Assembly: GCA_963808715.1 (NCBI GenBank)
Contig: CAWEHG010000034.1
Span: forward strand, 35,909 to 99,908
Direction: 5' to 3'
Origin: Ignavibacteriota bacterium
GTDB taxonomy: Bacteria > Bacteroidota > Ignavibacteria > UBA10030 > UBA6906
DNA: 64,000 nucleotides
In this document: positions 61,979 to 64,000 of the stretch, piece after piece
Layout: the number at the start of each line of letters is the position of its first letter
Position numbering within the stretch: the stretch's first letter is position 1
Translations under genes and position numbers: made by a program
The notes under the pieces: model-generated
Told to the model about the DNA's origin: nothing
The model's input: only the letters and a program-made list of their open reading frames with translations
The model's database searches: none

Positions 61979-64000
61979 GTGATGATGCGGGCACATGTTG
62001 CCGTGCGCGGAGCTGTGCAGGGGGTCGGATTCCGCCCGTTCGTCTATCGTCTGGCTACCCAACTCGGGCTCAACGGTCACGTCAGGAACTCCCCGCAGGG
62101 CGTCTCGATCGACGTTGAGGGCACACAGGACGCACTCGGAGCCTTCCTCGCCCGGCTCCAGACCGAACTCCCCCCCCGCGCGTTCATCCAGAGCCTCGAA
62201 TCCGCGTTCGTCGACCCGGCCGGTTACACCGGCTTCGAGATCCTGGAGAGCACGGCCGGCGGAGTGGTCAGCGCGCTCGTCCTTCCGGACGTCGCGACCT
62301 GCCCGGAGTGCCTCGCGGAATTCCTGGATCCCGCCAACCGCCGCTATCGCTATCCGTTCACCAACTGCACGAACTGCGGCCCGCGTTTCAGCATCATTGA
62401 GCGGCTCCCGTATGACCGCCCGAACACCACCATGCGGCGTTTTGCGCAGTGTCCCCGGTGCCGGGCCGAATACGACGATCCCCGCGACCGCCGGTTCCAT
62501 GCCCAGCCCAACGCCTGCCCGGATTGCGGGCCGCAACTCCGGCTGCTGGACCGCTCCGGGTCGCTCCTCCGCGAACGGGACGAGGCGATCGCCGCAACGG
62601 TCCAGCGGATCCGTGCTGGAGAGATCGTGGCGGTCAAGGGACTCGGAGGGTTCCATCTGCTGGTGGACGCCGCCAGCGACCCGGCGGTTCGGAGGCTGCG
62701 CGAGCGAAAACACCGCGAAGAGAAGCCCCTGGCGGTGATGGTCCCGGACCCTGCCGCCGCCCGGCGGATCGCAGAGATCACAGAGCTGGAACTGCGGATG
62801 CTCACGGCGCCCGAGGCGCCGATCGTCCTTGTCGCGGGAAAGGCAGGCGGCCTCGCCCCTTCCGTCGCTCCCGGGAACCCCTACCTCGGCATCATGCTCC
62901 CCTACACACCGTTGCATCATCTTCTCCTCCGTGATCTGGGTTCGCCGGTGGTGGCAACGAGCGGGAACCTCTCGGACGAACCGCTCTGCATCGACGAGGA
63001 CGAGGCCCTGGACCGGCTCGGGGGGATCGCCGACGTCTTTCTTGATCCACGACCGTCCGATCTACCGACACGTGGACGACTCGATCGTCCGGGTGATGGC
63101 CGGTCGTGCGATGGTCCTCCGCCGCGCGCGCGGATACGCGCCCCTGCCGGTCACCGTGACCACGGATCTGCCGGCGGTGATCGCCGTGGGCGCGCACCTC
63201 AAGAACACCGTCGCCGCAGCCAAAGGGAGGGACGTGTTCATCAGCCAGCACCTCGGCGACCTGGAGACGGAGGCTTCGCTGCGCGCGTTCCGGAGGGAGG
63301 TGGAGGAATTCCGGATCCTCTTCGACGTCTCTCCCGCCCGTGTTGTATCTGACTCCCATCCCGACTATCTTTCCAGCAAGGAAGCCGCCGCGATGGGACT
63401 TCCGCGTCTCACGGTCCAGCATCACTACGCTCACGTCCGTTCCTGCATGGCCGACAACGAGCTGGACGGGCAGGTGCTCGGGGTCTCGTGGGACGGCACC
63501 GGACTCGGGACCGACGGAACCGTGTGGGGAGGGGAGTTCCTGCTTACGACGGTTGAAGGATTCCGGCGCGTCGCCTCCCTCCGGCTCTTCCCTCTCCCCG
63601 GAGGCGACGCCGCGGTCAAGGAACCCCGGCGCAGCGCGCTGGGACTCCTGTACGCGATGCTCGGCGAGGAGGTCTTCGACCGCAACGATCTCCTGCCGGT
63701 CCGCGCGTTCTCTGCCGAAGAACTGCGGGTGCTCCGGCAGATGCTGGCGAGGAGCGTGAACTGTCCACTCACCTCCAGCGCCGGACGGTTGTTCGATGCG
63801 GTGGCTTCGCTCACCGGAGTCCGGCACCGTTGCACGTTCGAGGGACAGGCCGCAATGGAGCTGGAGTTCGCCGCCCGCAACGCCGGCGACGGAGGCGAGT
63901 ACCGGTGGGATCCCTTTTCCACGGAACTTCGGATCGACTGGGAGCCGATGATCCGGGACATCATCGCCGACCTCGCCGCGGGCATGCCGGCACCGGTCAT
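61979..64000 (+). CDS. hypF: [NiFe] hydrogenase maturation carbamoyltransferase HypF. 3'-partial, with an apparent frameshift near 63040.
   Basis: Acylphosphatase domain (VQGVGFRPFVY), two CxxC Zn-fingers and a YrdC domain. The Kae1-like domain (IYRHVDDSIVRV...HHYAHV...) continues in the +1 frame to the window end. Confidence 0.8.

Overview
This is a high-GC (roughly 65%), gene-dense bacterial chromosomal segment. Several secreted proteins end in type IX secretion (T9SS) C-terminal sorting domains, and there are PorV/PorQ-like, BatA-like and SusC-like TonB-dependent receptor (TBDR) proteins, which points to a T9SS-bearing member of the FCB superphylum (Bacteroidota-related, e.g. Rhodothermota/Ignavibacteria/Kapabacteria-like); that placement is inference. 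Contents, left to right:
(1) A translationally coupled molybdo-hydroxylase (xanthine-dehydrogenase family) and purine/pyrimidine-ring catabolism-like operon on the minus strand: a CoxL-like large subunit, an SsnA-like amidohydrolase, a threonine-synthase-like PLP enzyme, XdhB, XdhA and a hydantoinase/dihydropyrimidinase.
(2) A class-V aminotransferase and a DUF1015 protein.
(3) A LexA-like (HTH_XRE + S24 peptidase) repressor divergent from a DUF72 gene, with a palindromic operator. This converges on a gene encoding an IS200/RAYT-like Y1 'transposase' domain with a degenerate HuH motif, fused to a long Gly/Arg/Pro-rich tail that is encoded partly by a 15-bp tandem-repeat array.
(4) An SDR, a MarC family protein, a small ORF, and a patatin-POTRA-Omp85 (PlpD-like) protein.
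(5) A 620-bp non-coding gap containing an NHL-repeat gene remnant.
(6) Two large T9SS cargo proteins, then a lipoprotein, a SusC-like TBDR, a PorV/PorQ-like barrel, an NHL lipoprotein and a BatA-like membrane protein.
(7) Housekeeping genes: hflX, an inositol monophosphatase, a thymidine phosphorylase, a NUDIX hydrolase, mscS, pyrE, a DinB-like protein, a radical-SAM protein, def, murI and glnD.
(8) A MarR regulator followed by a complete heterodisulfide reductase plus Mvh-type NiFe hydrogenase set (hdrCBA-mvhDGA, group 3c) with its maturation protease.
(9) A second, bidirectional NAD(P)-linked NiFe hydrogenase set (hypAB-hoxEFUYH-hoxW-hypF, group 3d), running off the window end.
At least ten genes show apparent single frameshifts, one of them at a C6 homopolymer. 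This suggests indel errors in the assembly rather than true pseudogenes. No rRNA, tRNA or CRISPR array was recognised by eye.
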